Positions 1 through 9,774 of a stretch of DNA of 64,000 nt are shown here, one piece after another. A program made the translations under genes and the position numbers. The stretch is from Pseudochelatococcus sp. (GTDB taxonomy: Bacteria; Pseudomonadota; Alphaproteobacteria; Rhizobiales; Beijerinckiaceae): the NCBI RefSeq assembly GCF_050946405.1, contig NZ_JBMNUS010000013.1, positions 71,443 through 135,442 of the forward strand, in the 5' to 3' direction. The notes beneath the pieces were generated by a model. The model had not been told where the DNA came from, did no database searches, and saw nothing but the letters and a program-made list of their open reading frames with translations. How positions within the stretch are numbered: position 1 is the stretch's first letter; the number at the start of each line of letters is the position of its first letter.

Positions 1-1
1 G

Positions 2-652
2 GCCGGCATGGCCGAATATGTCTGCGCCGGCGTCCTGCTCCTTCACCGCGATCTGATCGGCTACATCGCCGATCAGCGGAACGGGCGCTGGAACCCGCGG
101 CCGATCGTGCCGGCGGAGCAGCGGTGCGTCGGCGTCATGGGGCTCGGCGCGCTGGGCATGGCCGTCCTCGCGCCGCTGAAGGCGCTCGGCTTTCGGCTTG
201 CCGGATGGAACCGCTCGTCGCGCTCCATCGAGGGCGTCGAGACCTACGCGGGCGCGCAGGAGCGCGACGCCTTTCTCGCCCGGTGCGACATCCTGGTCTG
301 CCTGCTGCCGCTGACGCCCGAGACGCGCGGCTGCCTGAACGCCGATCTGTTCGCGAGACTGCCCGAGGGCGCCGGCATCGTGAACGTGGGGCGCGGCGGC
401 CATCTGGTCGAGGCGGATCTTCTGGCGGCGCTGGATCGCGGGCGGATCGGCGGCGCCGTTCTCGACGTCTTCGCGCAGGAGCCGCTGCCGCAGGAGCATC
501 GGTTCTGGCATCATCCGCGCGTGTTCCTGACCCCGCACATGGCCAGCATGACGCAGCCCGAGGGCGGCGCGCGCGCCGTCATCGCCAACATCCGCCGCCA
601 TCGCGCCGGCGAGCCGCTGCTCAACCGTGTCGACCGCTCGCGCGGCTATTGA
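2..652 (+). CDS. D-isomer-specific 2-hydroxyacid dehydrogenase (glyoxylate/hydroxypyruvate reductase-like), C-terminal part; the 5' end lies outside the window
   Basis: ORF 8..652 translation has an NAD-binding stretch VGVMGLGALG and a catalytic region GRGGHLVEADLLAAL..VLDVFAQEPLP..HPRVFLTPHMAS. The frame stays open to the window edge. Confidence 0.8.
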   Translation, partial: AGMAEYVCAGVLLLHRDLIGYIADQRNGRWNPRPIVPAEQRCVGVMGLGALGMAVLAPLKALGFRLAGWNRSSRSIEGVETYAGAQERDAFLARCDILVCLLPLTPETRGCLNADLFARLPEGAGIVNVGRGGHLVEADLLAALDRGRIGGAVLDVFAQEPLPQEHRFWHHPRVFLTPHMASMTQPEGGARAVIANIRRHRAGEPLLNRVDRSRGY

Positions 653-678
653 GGCGAGGCATGGGGAACGTCGCCAGC

Positions 679-1611
679 TCACGCCTTGCCGCCGACGATG
701 TTCCCCAGCTCCAGCTCGGGGTAGAGCGCATCGACGACGCTGACGTCGTGGCGCAGCTCGGCGATGATCCAGTCCTGCACGGCGGTGACGATGGGCCGCA
801 GCGGCTTGCGGCGCGAGCGGACGAACTGGCAGCGCCGCTGCGTCGTCGTCACGCGCGTGCCGGCCGGCACCAGCGCCCGCGTCCGCAGCCAGTGGGCGAC
901 GACATTGAGCCAGCCCAGCGCGACGCCCTGCCCGAGCAGCGCCGCCTGCACGACGATGGCGTAATCGAGGAAATTCATGGAATCGAAGCGCGTCGAATCG
1001 GCGCCCTCGCCGGCGAAGAACAGGCTCGACCACGCCGTGTGCCTGTCATCGGGGTCCGCCAGCATGTCGATGTCGCGGCTGTCGCCGCGATGCCGCAGAT
1101 GGTTTTCCCGATAATCGGCGTTGCTGATGGGAATCAGGATTTCCGGCATGATGTCGGCCGCTTCGTGCCGGGGATCGGGCGCGCTCACGAAGCGCATCCC
1201 GATGTCGACGTCGTGCACCTCGCCGGCCAGCTCGCCCATGACCAGTTGAAACCGCAGATCGACGGTCGGGAAAGTGCGTTTGAAATCCGCCATGCGCGGC
1301 ATCATCCAGTGCGTCGTGAAGCCCGTCGAGACGGACAACGTCACCGTCTCGATGCCGGTCTTGTGATCCTCGATCTCGCGCAGCGCATTCTCGATGCCGG
1401 AAAAACCGCGCGCGATGGCGTCGAACAGGATGCGCCCCGGCCCCGTCAGCGTCGCGCCGCCGGCCTGGCGCGCGAACAGCGCGACATCGAGATGTTCCTC
1501 CAGCCGCGAGACCATGCGGCTCACCGCGGCGGGGGTGACGTTCAGCTCCTCCGCCGCTTTCGAGAAGTTGCCGCAGCGCGCTGCGGCCTCGAAAGTGAAG
1601 AGGCTGTTCAT
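679..1611 (-). CDS. LysR-family transcriptional regulator
   Basis: N-terminal HTH MNSLFTFEAAARCGNFSKAAEELNVTPAAVSRMVSRLEEHL. It is divergent from the ABC ATPase gene. The start is taken at MNSLF (1611); the ORF extends to 1656. Confidence 0.85.
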   Translation of the reverse strand: MNSLFTFEAAARCGNFSKAAEELNVTPAAVSRMVSRLEEHLDVALFARQAGGATLTGPGRILFDAIARGFSGIENALREIEDHKTGIETVTLSVSTGFTTHWMMPRMADFKRTFPTVDLRFQLVMGELAGEVHDVDIGMRFVSAPDPRHEAADIMPEILIPISNADYRENHLRHRGDSRDIDMLADPDDRHTAWSSLFFAGEGADSTRFDSMNFLDYAIVVQAALLGQGVALGWLNVVAHWLRTRALVPAGTRVTTTQRRCQFVRSRRKPLRPIVTAVQDWIIAELRHDVSVVDALYPELELGNIVGGKA

Positions 1612-1874
1612 GGAAGGAAGGCGGCGTCTGAGTTTGTCCATTACATCATGTAACAACGGAGTGGATTATTTTTCAATTGCCTCGGTGACGGAACTTTGAT
1701 GAGGTAAGGACAACGAGGCGTTCAACGGCCTTAATTTATAACAAACAAGGGGAGCGCGGCAGCAGGCGACGACCGGAATATGGTCGAACATGCCGCTTGT
1801 TGTGCAGTTTCTTGCTCGTTCTGGTGTCAGTTGCATTTCAATGCTTCTGAACAGGCAATCTGTAGTGGGATAGC

Positions 1875-2963
1875 ATGGCGAAACTATCATTCCGGGAGCC
1901 CGTTGGCGTATCCGTGCGCTCGGCGACGAAATCTTACGGCGGCTTTCTCGCGCTGGACGACGTGAGCCTCGAAGTGGCTCCGGGCGAGTTCGTCTCCATT
2001 CTCGGGCCGTCGGGTTCCGGCAAGACGACGTTTCTCGGCATTCTGGGCGGTTTCGTGCAGCCGACGTCGGGGAGCATCCATCTGGGATCGGTGGATATTA
2101 CATTCGCGCCGCCGCACAAGCGGGACATCGGCATCGTGTTCCAGAACTACGCGCTGTTCCCGCACATGAGCGTGGCCGACAACATCACGTTTCCGCTGCG
2201 GGCGCGGCATCTGCCGAAGGCGCAATGGGCCGACAAGCTGGAGGCGGCGCTCGCCATGGTGGAGCTGTCGGGCTACGGCGGACGGCAGATCCACGAGCTT
2301 TCGGGCGGGCAGCGTCAGCGCGTGGCGCTGGCGCGGGCGATGATCTTCGAGCCGCGTCTGATCCTGATGGACGAACCGCTGTCGGCCCTCGACAAGCAGT
2401 TGCGCGAGACCATGCAGATCGAGCTGAAGCAGCTCCACAGGAAGCTCGACGCGACCATCATCTACGTCACCCACGACCAGCGCGAGGCGCTGACGATGAG
2501 CGACCGGATCGCGATCATGAACAAGGGCCGCATCGCCCAGATCGATACGCCCGAACGGCTGCACGACCGGCCGGCGGATTCCTTCGTCGCGAGCTTCATC
2601 GGCGAGGCGACGCTGCTGCCCGTAACCAGGGAGAGCGACGACACCGTCGTGCTCGGCGACACGCGCCTGCGTTCCGCGCAGCCCGTGCCGCGCGGCGATC
2701 GGCTGTTCCTCGCGGTGCATTCGGAAAAGCTCGTCGTCGCCGGCGAGGAGGGCGGCGAAACGCCCAACCTGCTGCGCGCGACCGTGACGGATACGCTTTA
2801 TCAGGGAGAAAGCATCCGTGTCTTCATCAGGCTCGGCAGCGGCGACCAGCTCAGTCTGCGGCTGCCGAGCAACCATTCCGGCCGGCGGCTTCTGAGGCAG
2901 CCCGGCGAATCCATTACGGTTGCGCTGCACCCGGACGACACCGTCGTGGTGCCGCAGGCGTAA
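1875..2963 (+). CDS. ABC transporter ATP-binding protein (PotA / spermidine-putrescine importer type)
   Basis: Walker A GPSGSGKTT, signature LSGGQRQRVALARA, Walker B LILMDEPLSALD, plus a C-terminal TOBE-like region. Confidence 0.9.
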   Translation: MAKLSFREPVGVSVRSATKSYGGFLALDDVSLEVAPGEFVSILGPSGSGKTTFLGILGGFVQPTSGSIHLGSVDITFAPPHKRDIGIVFQNYALFPHMSVADNITFPLRARHLPKAQWADKLEAALAMVELSGYGGRQIHELSGGQRQRVALARAMIFEPRLILMDEPLSALDKQLRETMQIELKQLHRKLDATIIYVTHDQREALTMSDRIAIMNKGRIAQIDTPERLHDRPADSFVASFIGEATLLPVTRESDDTVVLGDTRLRSAQPVPRGDRLFLAVHSEKLVVAGEEGGETPNLLRATVTDTLYQGESIRVFIRLGSGDQLSLRLPSNHSGRRLLRQPGESITVALHPDDTVVVPQA

Positions 2964-3096
2964 CGCGCTTCCGGGGAGGCGCCGCGCCGCCCTCCCGGAA
3001 CGACAATCGACGAAAGAAGACGAAACTCCGGGCGGGCGGGCGTTCGCCGGCGGCACGCGCGCATGCGCCCTCGTTCTTGCGGAAAGGCTATCGTAA

Positions 3097-3822
3097 ATGA
3101 AAATCACCGATTTCAAGGTCCTGACCTTCGACGTGGTCGGAACGCTGATCGACTTCGAGACGGGCGTGCTGGAAGCCGTGCGCGCGCTCGGGGGAGACAA
3201 GGCCCGGCAGGCGACGGACGACGAGATCTTCCAGCCGTATCTGCGCGGCCGGGCGAAGTTCTACGGCCGCTCGTCCTCGGCGATGAAGGATGTCTATCTG
3301 TCGCTGGCCGCCGAGACCGGATACCGCGCCGACGACGCCACCGCCGACGCCTTCCAGCTCGCCGTGCTGCGCTGGCCCGCCTTCGCGGATTCGGTCGCGG
3401 CGCTGGCCCGCCTGCGCCGCAATTTCCGCCTCGTCGCCATGACGAACGCCGACCGCACGGCCTTTTCCGCCTATGCCGAAACGCTCGGCAATCCGTTCCA
3501 CGACAGCGTGACCTGCGACGACACCGGCTATGCCAAGCCCGCGCCGGAGTTCTTCGCCTTCAACAAGGGCCGGCAATCGGCCGCCGGCTTCAGGCAGTCC
3601 GAGATCCTGCATGTGGCGCAGAGCCAGTATCACGATATCGGCATCGCCCGCGAGCTGGGCTATGCGACGTGCTGGATCGAGCGCCGGCAGGGCTTGCAGG
3701 GCTTCGGCGGCACGCCCGAGCCCAGGGAGGTGACGAAGCCCGACTTCCACTTCTCCAGCCTGAAGCAGCTCGCCGACGCCGTCGACGCCGAACACGCCCT
3801 CGACCGCAAAGTTGCGGCCTGA
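3097..3822 (+). CDS. HAD-superfamily hydrolase (haloacid dehalogenase type II-like)
   Basis: N-terminal HAD motif I FDVVGTLIDFE. Size of 241 aa fits. The overlapping 3063..5147 ORF is a frame shadow in this region. Confidence 0.7.
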   Translation: MKITDFKVLTFDVVGTLIDFETGVLEAVRALGGDKARQATDDEIFQPYLRGRAKFYGRSSSAMKDVYLSLAAETGYRADDATADAFQLAVLRWPAFADSVAALARLRRNFRLVAMTNADRTAFSAYAETLGNPFHDSVTCDDTGYAKPAPEFFAFNKGRQSAAGFRQSEILHVAQSQYHDIGIARELGYATCWIERRQGLQGFGGTPEPREVTKPDFHFSSLKQLADAVDAEHALDRKVAA

Positions 3823-3845
3823 AGGCCCGAAGCAGGGTGACGATC

Positions 3846-5147
3846 ATGGGCTCCCCACCGTTTCCGGATATCCGCTCGCTGTGGCAGGACACCGCCGCCG
3901 CCCGGCCCGCCTTCGGGCGGCTGGCGGGAGAGCATCGCTACGACGTGGCGATCGTCGGCGGCGGCTACACGGGGCTCAGCACCGCGCGCTATCTCGCCCT
4001 CGCCGGCTTGCGCCCGATCGTGCTGGAGGCAAGCCGCATCGGGTGGGGGGCGAGCGGCCGCAACGGCGGCGTCGTTTCCGGCAAGTTCCGCATCAGCTAC
4101 CCGGACATCGCCGCCCGTTTCGGCACGGAAACCGCGCGGCGGATGCACGACCTCGCGCTGGAGGCGATCGATCATGTGGGCGAGCTGACGCGGGTCTACG
4201 GCATCGCCGCCGCGGATTACCGGCCCAACGGCTCGCTGCGCTGCGCCCACAACGCCGTGAGCCTCGAGGCGCTGAAGCGCGAAACCCTGTGGCTGCGGCA
4301 GGAGCTGGGCGACACCGCCTGTTCCATCCTTTCCGCCGGGGCGGTGGCGGAAGAAACCGGCTCGCGCGATTTCGTCGGCGGCATGCTCAACACGCATGGC
4401 GGCATCGTTCACCCGCTGAATTTCGCCCTCGGACTGGCGGGCGGCCTCAAGGACGCGGGCGTCATCATCGCCGAGCAATCGCCCGTTACCGGCATTCGCC
4501 GCGATGAAAACGGCGTCGTCGTGGAAACGCCGGAAGGCGCGGTCAGGGCGCGCCAGGCCGTGATCGCCACGGACGGCTATTCCGATCTCACGGCGGCGAC
4601 GGCGGGCGTGCGCAAGGCGATCATCCCCTTCCGGTCGGCGATGATCGCCACGGAGCCCCTTGCCGGGACGCCCGGCGAGGGATTGTTGCGGACCGACCGC
4701 AGCTACACGGAGACGCGGCGCATGATGCGCTGGTTCCGCAAGTTCGACGGCCGGTTGCTGTATGGCGGCCGGGGCGCCTTCGGCAAGCAGGATTCGGAGA
4801 GCGCCTTCACCGCCCTGCGCAACGCGATGGTGCGCCAGTTCCCGGAGCTCGAATCCGTGCGGGTCACGCATCGCTGGTCCGGGCTGGTGGCGATGACGCT
4901 CGACAGCCTGCCCCATGCGGGCCGGCTCGACGACCGCATCGTGTATTGCCTCGGCTATAACGGCACGGGCGTCGCCATGGCCTCCAACATGGGCCGTTAC
5001 GTCGCGCGCATCGTCACCGGCGAGCGGCCGGATGTCGGCCTCGTGTCGGCGCTGCCGCTGAAGAACGTGCCGTTCTACACCCTGCGGGAGCCGGCCGTGA
5101 GGCTCGTGGCGGGATGGTATCAGTTCCTCGACGCCATCGGCCGCTAG
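3846..5147 (+). CDS. FAD-dependent oxidoreductase (DAO family; gamma-glutamylputrescine / amine oxidase-like)
   Basis: Dinucleotide fold YDVAIVGGGYTGLSTARYLA shortly after the ATG at 3846 (MGSPPFPDIRSLW). This is the downstream part of ORF 3063..5147. Confidence 0.85.
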   Translation: MGSPPFPDIRSLWQDTAAARPAFGRLAGEHRYDVAIVGGGYTGLSTARYLALAGLRPIVLEASRIGWGASGRNGGVVSGKFRISYPDIAARFGTETARRMHDLALEAIDHVGELTRVYGIAAADYRPNGSLRCAHNAVSLEALKRETLWLRQELGDTACSILSAGAVAEETGSRDFVGGMLNTHGGIVHPLNFALGLAGGLKDAGVIIAEQSPVTGIRRDENGVVVETPEGAVRARQAVIATDGYSDLTAATAGVRKAIIPFRSAMIATEPLAGTPGEGLLRTDRSYTETRRMMRWFRKFDGRLLYGGRGAFGKQDSESAFTALRNAMVRQFPELESVRVTHRWSGLVAMTLDSLPHAGRLDDRIVYCLGYNGTGVAMASNMGRYVARIVTGERPDVGLVSALPLKNVPFYTLREPAVRLVAGWYQFLDAIGR

Positions 5148-5277
5148 GGTGTGTTCCGGTTGGCGCGGGAGAAACATGGAGCGTTTCAGGGGAGGCTGCC
5201 GAACGAAAAAATATAAAGCGGCTGTCACGACCGTGCGGCCGGCAAATGCATCCGGAAAAGACCAGAGGAGAATAACG

Positions 5278-6318
5278 ATGATCGTGAAATTTACGCTGCT
5301 GACGATGCTGTCTTCCGTCGCCGCCCTCGCGGCCGGGACGGCGAGCGCGCAACAGATAACCTTCGTGTCGCAGGGGGGCGCCTATCAGGAGGCCCAGACC
5401 AGGGCGATTCTGGACCCCGTGGCGCAGTTGCTCGGCATCACCATCCGGCAGGACAGCTCGCCCGACGCCTGGCCCGTGATCCGCACCCAGGCGGCGACGG
5501 GAAAACCCATCTGGGACGTGATCGACACGCCGACGAAGGATTGCGTCCGGGGCGGCGAGCAGGGCTTCATCGAGAAGCTGGATTTTTCCCGGATTCCGAA
5601 TGCCGCCGACCTGCCGGAGCAGTACAAGAGCCCGTATTCCGTCGCTTATGAGTTCTATTCGAGCGTTCTCGCCTACAACAAGGACAAGTACGGCGATAAC
5701 CCGCCGCAGGGCTGGGCGGATTTCTGGAACGTGGAAAAGTTCCCCGGCACCCGCGCCCTGCGCAATCATCCGCTGGCGACGCTCGAGGCGGCGCTGATCG
5801 CCGATGGCGTTGCGCGCGACCAGCTCTATCCGCTGGATGTCGACCGCGCCTTCAGGAAGCTGGAGCAGATCAAGCCGCATGTCACCGTCTGGTGGACGTC
5901 CGGTGCGCAATCGGCCCAGCTTCTAGCCGACGGCGAGGCGGATCTGGTGATGGCGTGGAACGGCCGCGTGGCGGCCGTGCAGAAGGAAGGCGCGCCGGTG
6001 GGCTTCACCTTCGGCGACGGCCTGCTGCAATACACCTCGCTGTGCATCCTGAAGAACGCGCCGAATCTGGATACGGCGGTTCAATTCGTGAATGCCGCGC
6101 TGACGCCCGACATCCAGGCCAATTTCCCGACCTATATCGACTACGGCCCGGCCAATCCCGCCGCCTACGGCACCGGCAAGATCAGCCCGGAGCGCGCGGC
6201 GCAACTGCCGAGCTCTCCCGCGAACACAGCCGTGCAGGCGTTGATCTCCGAAGAATGGTGGAGCTCGCCGGCGGGCGAGGAGGCGCAGCGGCGCTGGGCC
6301 TCGTTCATCCAGCGCTGA
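5278..6318 (+). CDS. ABC transporter periplasmic substrate-binding protein (PotD/PotF polyamine-type)
   Basis: Signal peptide MIVKFTLLTMLSSVAALAAGTASAQ starts at the ATG at 5278, preceded by aggag. The length and context next to PotB/C-like permeases fit. Confidence 0.85.
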   Translation: MIVKFTLLTMLSSVAALAAGTASAQQITFVSQGGAYQEAQTRAILDPVAQLLGITIRQDSSPDAWPVIRTQAATGKPIWDVIDTPTKDCVRGGEQGFIEKLDFSRIPNAADLPEQYKSPYSVAYEFYSSVLAYNKDKYGDNPPQGWADFWNVEKFPGTRALRNHPLATLEAALIADGVARDQLYPLDVDRAFRKLEQIKPHVTVWWTSGAQSAQLLADGEADLVMAWNGRVAAVQKEGAPVGFTFGDGLLQYTSLCILKNAPNLDTAVQFVNAALTPDIQANFPTYIDYGPANPAAYGTGKISPERAAQLPSSPANTAVQALISEEWWSSPAGEEAQRRWASFIQR

Positions 6319-6382
6319 TCGTCGCCGACGCGGGGCGGCTTGCCGCCCCGCGCCTTTCGCTTCCATCGATGGAGGAATAACC

Positions 6383-7255
6383 ATGGCCGCCTGCCCTCCG
6401 GGTCCCGCAGTCCTTCATGAGCGGCGCGAACAGCGGCTGACGTTGCTGCTGCTCGCGCCGGCGCTCGCGGTCGTCGTCTGCCTGCTCGTGCTGCCGCTGC
6501 TCTGGCTGGCGTGGCAGTCGATCCGGGGCGACGGCGGCTTCACGCTGGTGAACTACCAGCGGTTTCTGACCGACGACATCTATCTGATCTCGTTTCTTCA
6601 GACCTTTCGGATCGCCGTGACGGTGACGGTCGCGACGCTGCTGCTCGGGTATCCGGTGGCCTATGCCGCCGCGCTGGCGCCGCGGCAATGGAGCCTGCTC
6701 ATCCTGGCGGCCGTGGTGCTGCCCTTCTGGACGAGCGTGCTGGTGCGCGCCTATGCCTGGCTCATCCTGCTGCAAAGGCGCGGCCTCGTGAATTCGGCAT
6801 TGACCGATCTCGGGTTGATCGACAGCCCGCTGCTGCTCGTCAACAACGAGTTCGGCACGGTGCTGGCGACGATACACATCCTGCTGCCGTTCATGGTGCT
6901 GCCGCTCTACGCCACCATGCAGAAGATCCCGCGCGAGCTGACGATGGCGGGCGCGAGTCTCGGCGGCAGCCCCTTCTTCGTCTTCACGCGCGTCTTCCTG
7001 CCGCTGTCCCTGCCGGGTGCGATCGCGGGCATGGTGCTGGTGTTCGTGCTGACGCTCGGTTTCTACATCACGCCGGAACTGCTCGGCGGCGGGCGCACCT
7101 TCATGGTGTCGATGCTGGTGTCGCGCAATATCGAACTCTATCACGAATGGGGCGCGGCCTCGTCCATCAGCATGGTGCTGCTCGCCAGCGTGTTCCTGAT
7201 CTTCCGTCTGTCGACAAGGCTCGTTCCCTTCGAGCGCATCATGGGTACGAGGTGA
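6383..7255 (+). CDS. ABC transporter permease (PotB-like)
   Basis: Multi-pass hydrophobic protein. It carries an EAA-like loop region MAGASLGGSPFFVFTRVFLPLSLPG. Confidence 0.85.
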   Translation: MAACPPGPAVLHERREQRLTLLLLAPALAVVVCLLVLPLLWLAWQSIRGDGGFTLVNYQRFLTDDIYLISFLQTFRIAVTVTVATLLLGYPVAYAAALAPRQWSLLILAAVVLPFWTSVLVRAYAWLILLQRRGLVNSALTDLGLIDSPLLLVNNEFGTVLATIHILLPFMVLPLYATMQKIPRELTMAGASLGGSPFFVFTRVFLPLSLPGAIAGMVLVFVLTLGFYITPELLGGGRTFMVSMLVSRNIELYHEWGAASSISMVLLASVFLIFRLSTRLVPFERIMGTR

Positions 7256-7258
7256 GCC

Positions 7259-8056
7259 ATGATACCCTCCCGTTTCTTCCTCTACGGCTTTGTCGCGCTG
7301 GTGCTCGTGTGGCTGATGGTCCCCGTCGTGATCATCGTGCCGATGTCGTTCTCGGATTCGCGCTTTCTCGCCTTTCCGCCGCCGGCGTGGTCGCTGCGCT
7401 GGTACGAGGCCTATCTGGGCAGCGCGGCGTGGATGCAGGCCACGCGCGTGAGCCTCATCGTCGCCTTCGCCAGCGCCGTCATCGCCACCGTCATGGGCAC
7501 CGCCGCCGCCTATGCGCTCAACATGACATCCTCCCGGCTGGTGCGTAACCTGCAAGTGATCCTGTTCCTGCCGCTCGTCGTGCCGATCGTCATCACGGCC
7601 GTGGGCATCTTCTTCATCTACGCCAACACCGGCCTGCTGGCGACGATGACGGGGCTCATCCTCGCCAACGTCATGCTGGGGCTGCCTTATGTGGTGACGT
7701 CGGTGCTGGTGGGCCTGCGCAAGTTCGATCCCGTGCAGGAAATGGTGTCGCGCAGCCTCGGCATGAACAGGTTCCGCACGTTCTTCATCGTGACCCTGCC
7801 GCAGATCCGGCCGAGCGTGATTTCCGGCATGCTGTTCGCCTTCATCTCCGCGCTCGACGAAACCGTCGTCGCGTTGTTCATCTCCGGCGGCGAATACCAG
7901 ACGCTGACCAAGCGCATGTTCACCGCCCTGCGGGACGAGATCGACCCGACCATCGCGGCCATCAGCTCCCTGCTGACGGCGACGTCCTTCATCATGGTGA
8001 TGCTGCTGTCGCTCAACGCGCGCAGCGCCGGGAACAGGCGGAACGAGGCGGCATGA
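7259..8056 (+). CDS. ABC transporter permease (PotC-like)
   Basis: Multi-pass hydrophobic protein with an EAA-like loop SRSLGMNRFRTFFIVTLPQIRPS. It starts 4 nt after the upstream permease. Confidence 0.85.
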   Translation: MIPSRFFLYGFVALVLVWLMVPVVIIVPMSFSDSRFLAFPPPAWSLRWYEAYLGSAAWMQATRVSLIVAFASAVIATVMGTAAAYALNMTSSRLVRNLQVILFLPLVVPIVITAVGIFFIYANTGLLATMTGLILANVMLGLPYVVTSVLVGLRKFDPVQEMVSRSLGMNRFRTFFIVTLPQIRPSVISGMLFAFISALDETVVALFISGGEYQTLTKRMFTALRDEIDPTIAAISSLLTATSFIMVMLLSLNARSAGNRRNEAA

Positions 8057-9741
8057 TGGCCGATCATCTCATTCTGGGCGGCGGGTCTGCGGGCTGCGTG
8101 CTGGCGGCGCGGCTTTCGGAGGATGCGCGGCGCGCCGTGATTCTGGTGGAGGCGGGCCGCAACATCGCCGCGGACGACGTTCCCGACGATATCCGCAGCC
8201 GCTATCCGGGCCGGGCCTATCTCGACACCTCCAACATATGGCAGGCGCTGCGGGCGCTGATGGGCGAGGCCATGCCGCGCCCGTCGCGGCGCTACGAGCA
8301 GGCGCGGCTGCTGGGCGGCGGCTCCGCCATCAACGCGCTGATGGCGAACCGGGGTGCGCCGGCGGATTACGACGAATGGGAGGCGCTCGGCGCCGCCGGC
8401 TGGAACTGGGACGCCTGCCTGCCCTTCTTCCTCGGCATCGAGGCCGACCGCGATTTCGACGGCCCGCTGCATGGCGCGAACGGCCCGCTCTCCATCCGCC
8501 GCATCGGCGACGACAGGATATCGCCATTCGTGGATGCGGTGCTGAAAACGCTCGACGCGCGCGGCCATCCGCAGCGTGCCGACCAGAACGGCGTCTGGCA
8601 GGACGGTGCGTTTCGCGGCGCCGTCGCCGTGAGCGACGCGGGCGAGCGGCTGCCCACGTCCATCGCCTATCTCACGCCGGAGGTCCGGCGCCGGCCCAAT
8701 CTCACGCTGCTCACCGGCCATCAGGCCGCCCGCATTCTCTTCGACGGCCGGCGGGCCGTGGGGGCGGAGATCGTCGGCCCGGACGGCGGTTCGCGCACGA
8801 TCCGCGCGCGCGAGGTCATCGTCGCGGCGGGCGCGATCCATACGCCGGCGCTGTTGCTGCGCTCGGGCGTCGGCCAGCCGGAGGCGCTGCGCGATATCGG
8901 CGTTCCGGTCGTGGCGTCCGCCGCGGGCGTGGGGCGCAACCTGATGGAGCATCCCTCCATCGCCGTCGCCGCCTATCTGCCGCCGGCGATGCGCGCGCCC
9001 GACCCGCGCGAGCACCATGAACAGGGCGTGTGGCGCTACTCCTCCGGCCTGCCGGAGACGCCGGCGGGCGACATGCACGCCGCCATCCTGTCGCGTTCCG
9101 GCTGGCATTCGGTGGGCGGGCGCATCGGCAGCCTGTTCTTCTGGGTCAACAAGTCGTACTCGCGCGGCTTTCTGAAGCTCGCGGACGCCGATCCCCGCGC
9201 CGAGCCCTTCGTCGATTTCCGCATGCTGTCCGACGCGCGCGATCTGGAGCGGCTGAAGACGGCGCTCCGGCTGGGCGCGGAAGTGCTCGCCGATCCGCGC
9301 CTTGCCGGCGGCATCGGCCCGGTCTTCCCGTCGAGCTATACGCCGCGCGTGGCGAAGATCGCGCTTCCCGGCCGCTGGAACGCCTTCCAGCGCGGCCTTC
9401 TCGCGGCGATGCTCGACGGGGCGGGGCCTCTGCGCGGCGCGCTCATCCATGCGCTCGTGACCCTCGGGACGACGATGGACGGCCTGCTGCGGGACGACGG
9501 GGCGCTGACGGATTTCGTGCGCCGCAACGTCGGCGGCACCTGGCACGCCTCCGGCACCTGCCGCATGGGCGCGGATGGCGATCCCGAAGCCGTCACCACG
9601 CCGCGGGGCAAGGTGCGGGGCGTCGAGGGCCTGCGCATCGCGGACGCCTCGCTCATGCCGTCGATTCCCCGTGCAAACACCAACATTCCGACGATCATGA
9701 TCGCGGAACGCATTGCCGATTTCGTCCGCAAGGGGTTTTAA
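8053..9741 (+). CDS. GMC-family FAD oxidoreductase (choline/alcohol dehydrogenase-like)
   Basis: N-terminal LILGGGSAGCVLAARLSED, and C-terminal GMC signature GTCRMG..VVD..GLRIADASLMPSIP. There is an ATGA start/stop overlap with the permease gene. Confidence 0.85.
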   Translation: MMADHLILGGGSAGCVLAARLSEDARRAVILVEAGRNIAADDVPDDIRSRYPGRAYLDTSNIWQALRALMGEAMPRPSRRYEQARLLGGGSAINALMANRGAPADYDEWEALGAAGWNWDACLPFFLGIEADRDFDGPLHGANGPLSIRRIGDDRISPFVDAVLKTLDARGHPQRADQNGVWQDGAFRGAVAVSDAGERLPTSIAYLTPEVRRRPNLTLLTGHQAARILFDGRRAVGAEIVGPDGGSRTIRAREVIVAAGAIHTPALLLRSGVGQPEALRDIGVPVVASAAGVGRNLMEHPSIAVAAYLPPAMRAPDPREHHEQGVWRYSSGLPETPAGDMHAAILSRSGWHSVGGRIGSLFFWVNKSYSRGFLKLADADPRAEPFVDFRMLSDARDLERLKTALRLGAEVLADPRLAGGIGPVFPSSYTPRVAKIALPGRWNAFQRGLLAAMLDGAGPLRGALIHALVTLGTTMDGLLRDDGALTDFVRRNVGGTWHASGTCRMGADGDPEAVTTPRGKVRGVEGLRIADASLMPSIPRANTNIPTIMIAERIADFVRKGF

Positions 9742-9774
9742 AAGGGTGTCATTCATCCACGGGGAGCAGACGAC

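Noticed and set aside
124-1653. 509-aa plus-strand ORF overlapping the dehydrogenase and LysR genes. Similar long ORFs occur at 1887..3200(-), 3660..5228(-), 6305..7555(-), 7687..9792(-), 9949..11226(-), 11226..13649(-), 17051..18301(-), 18307..19482(-), 20083..21459(-), 47258..49735(-) and 54212..57913(-).
   Set aside because: They have no family motifs and extreme Arg/Ala/Pro composition. Each lies opposite to, or out of frame with, a gene that has clear conserved motifs.
2964-3000. GC-rich imperfect hairpin (cttccggggagg..ccctcccggaa) after the ABC ATPase gene, considered as a terminator.
   Set aside because: The stem is imperfect with a bulge and there is no U-tract. The downstream HAD gene appears to belong to the same operon. 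The evidence is not strong enough to call.
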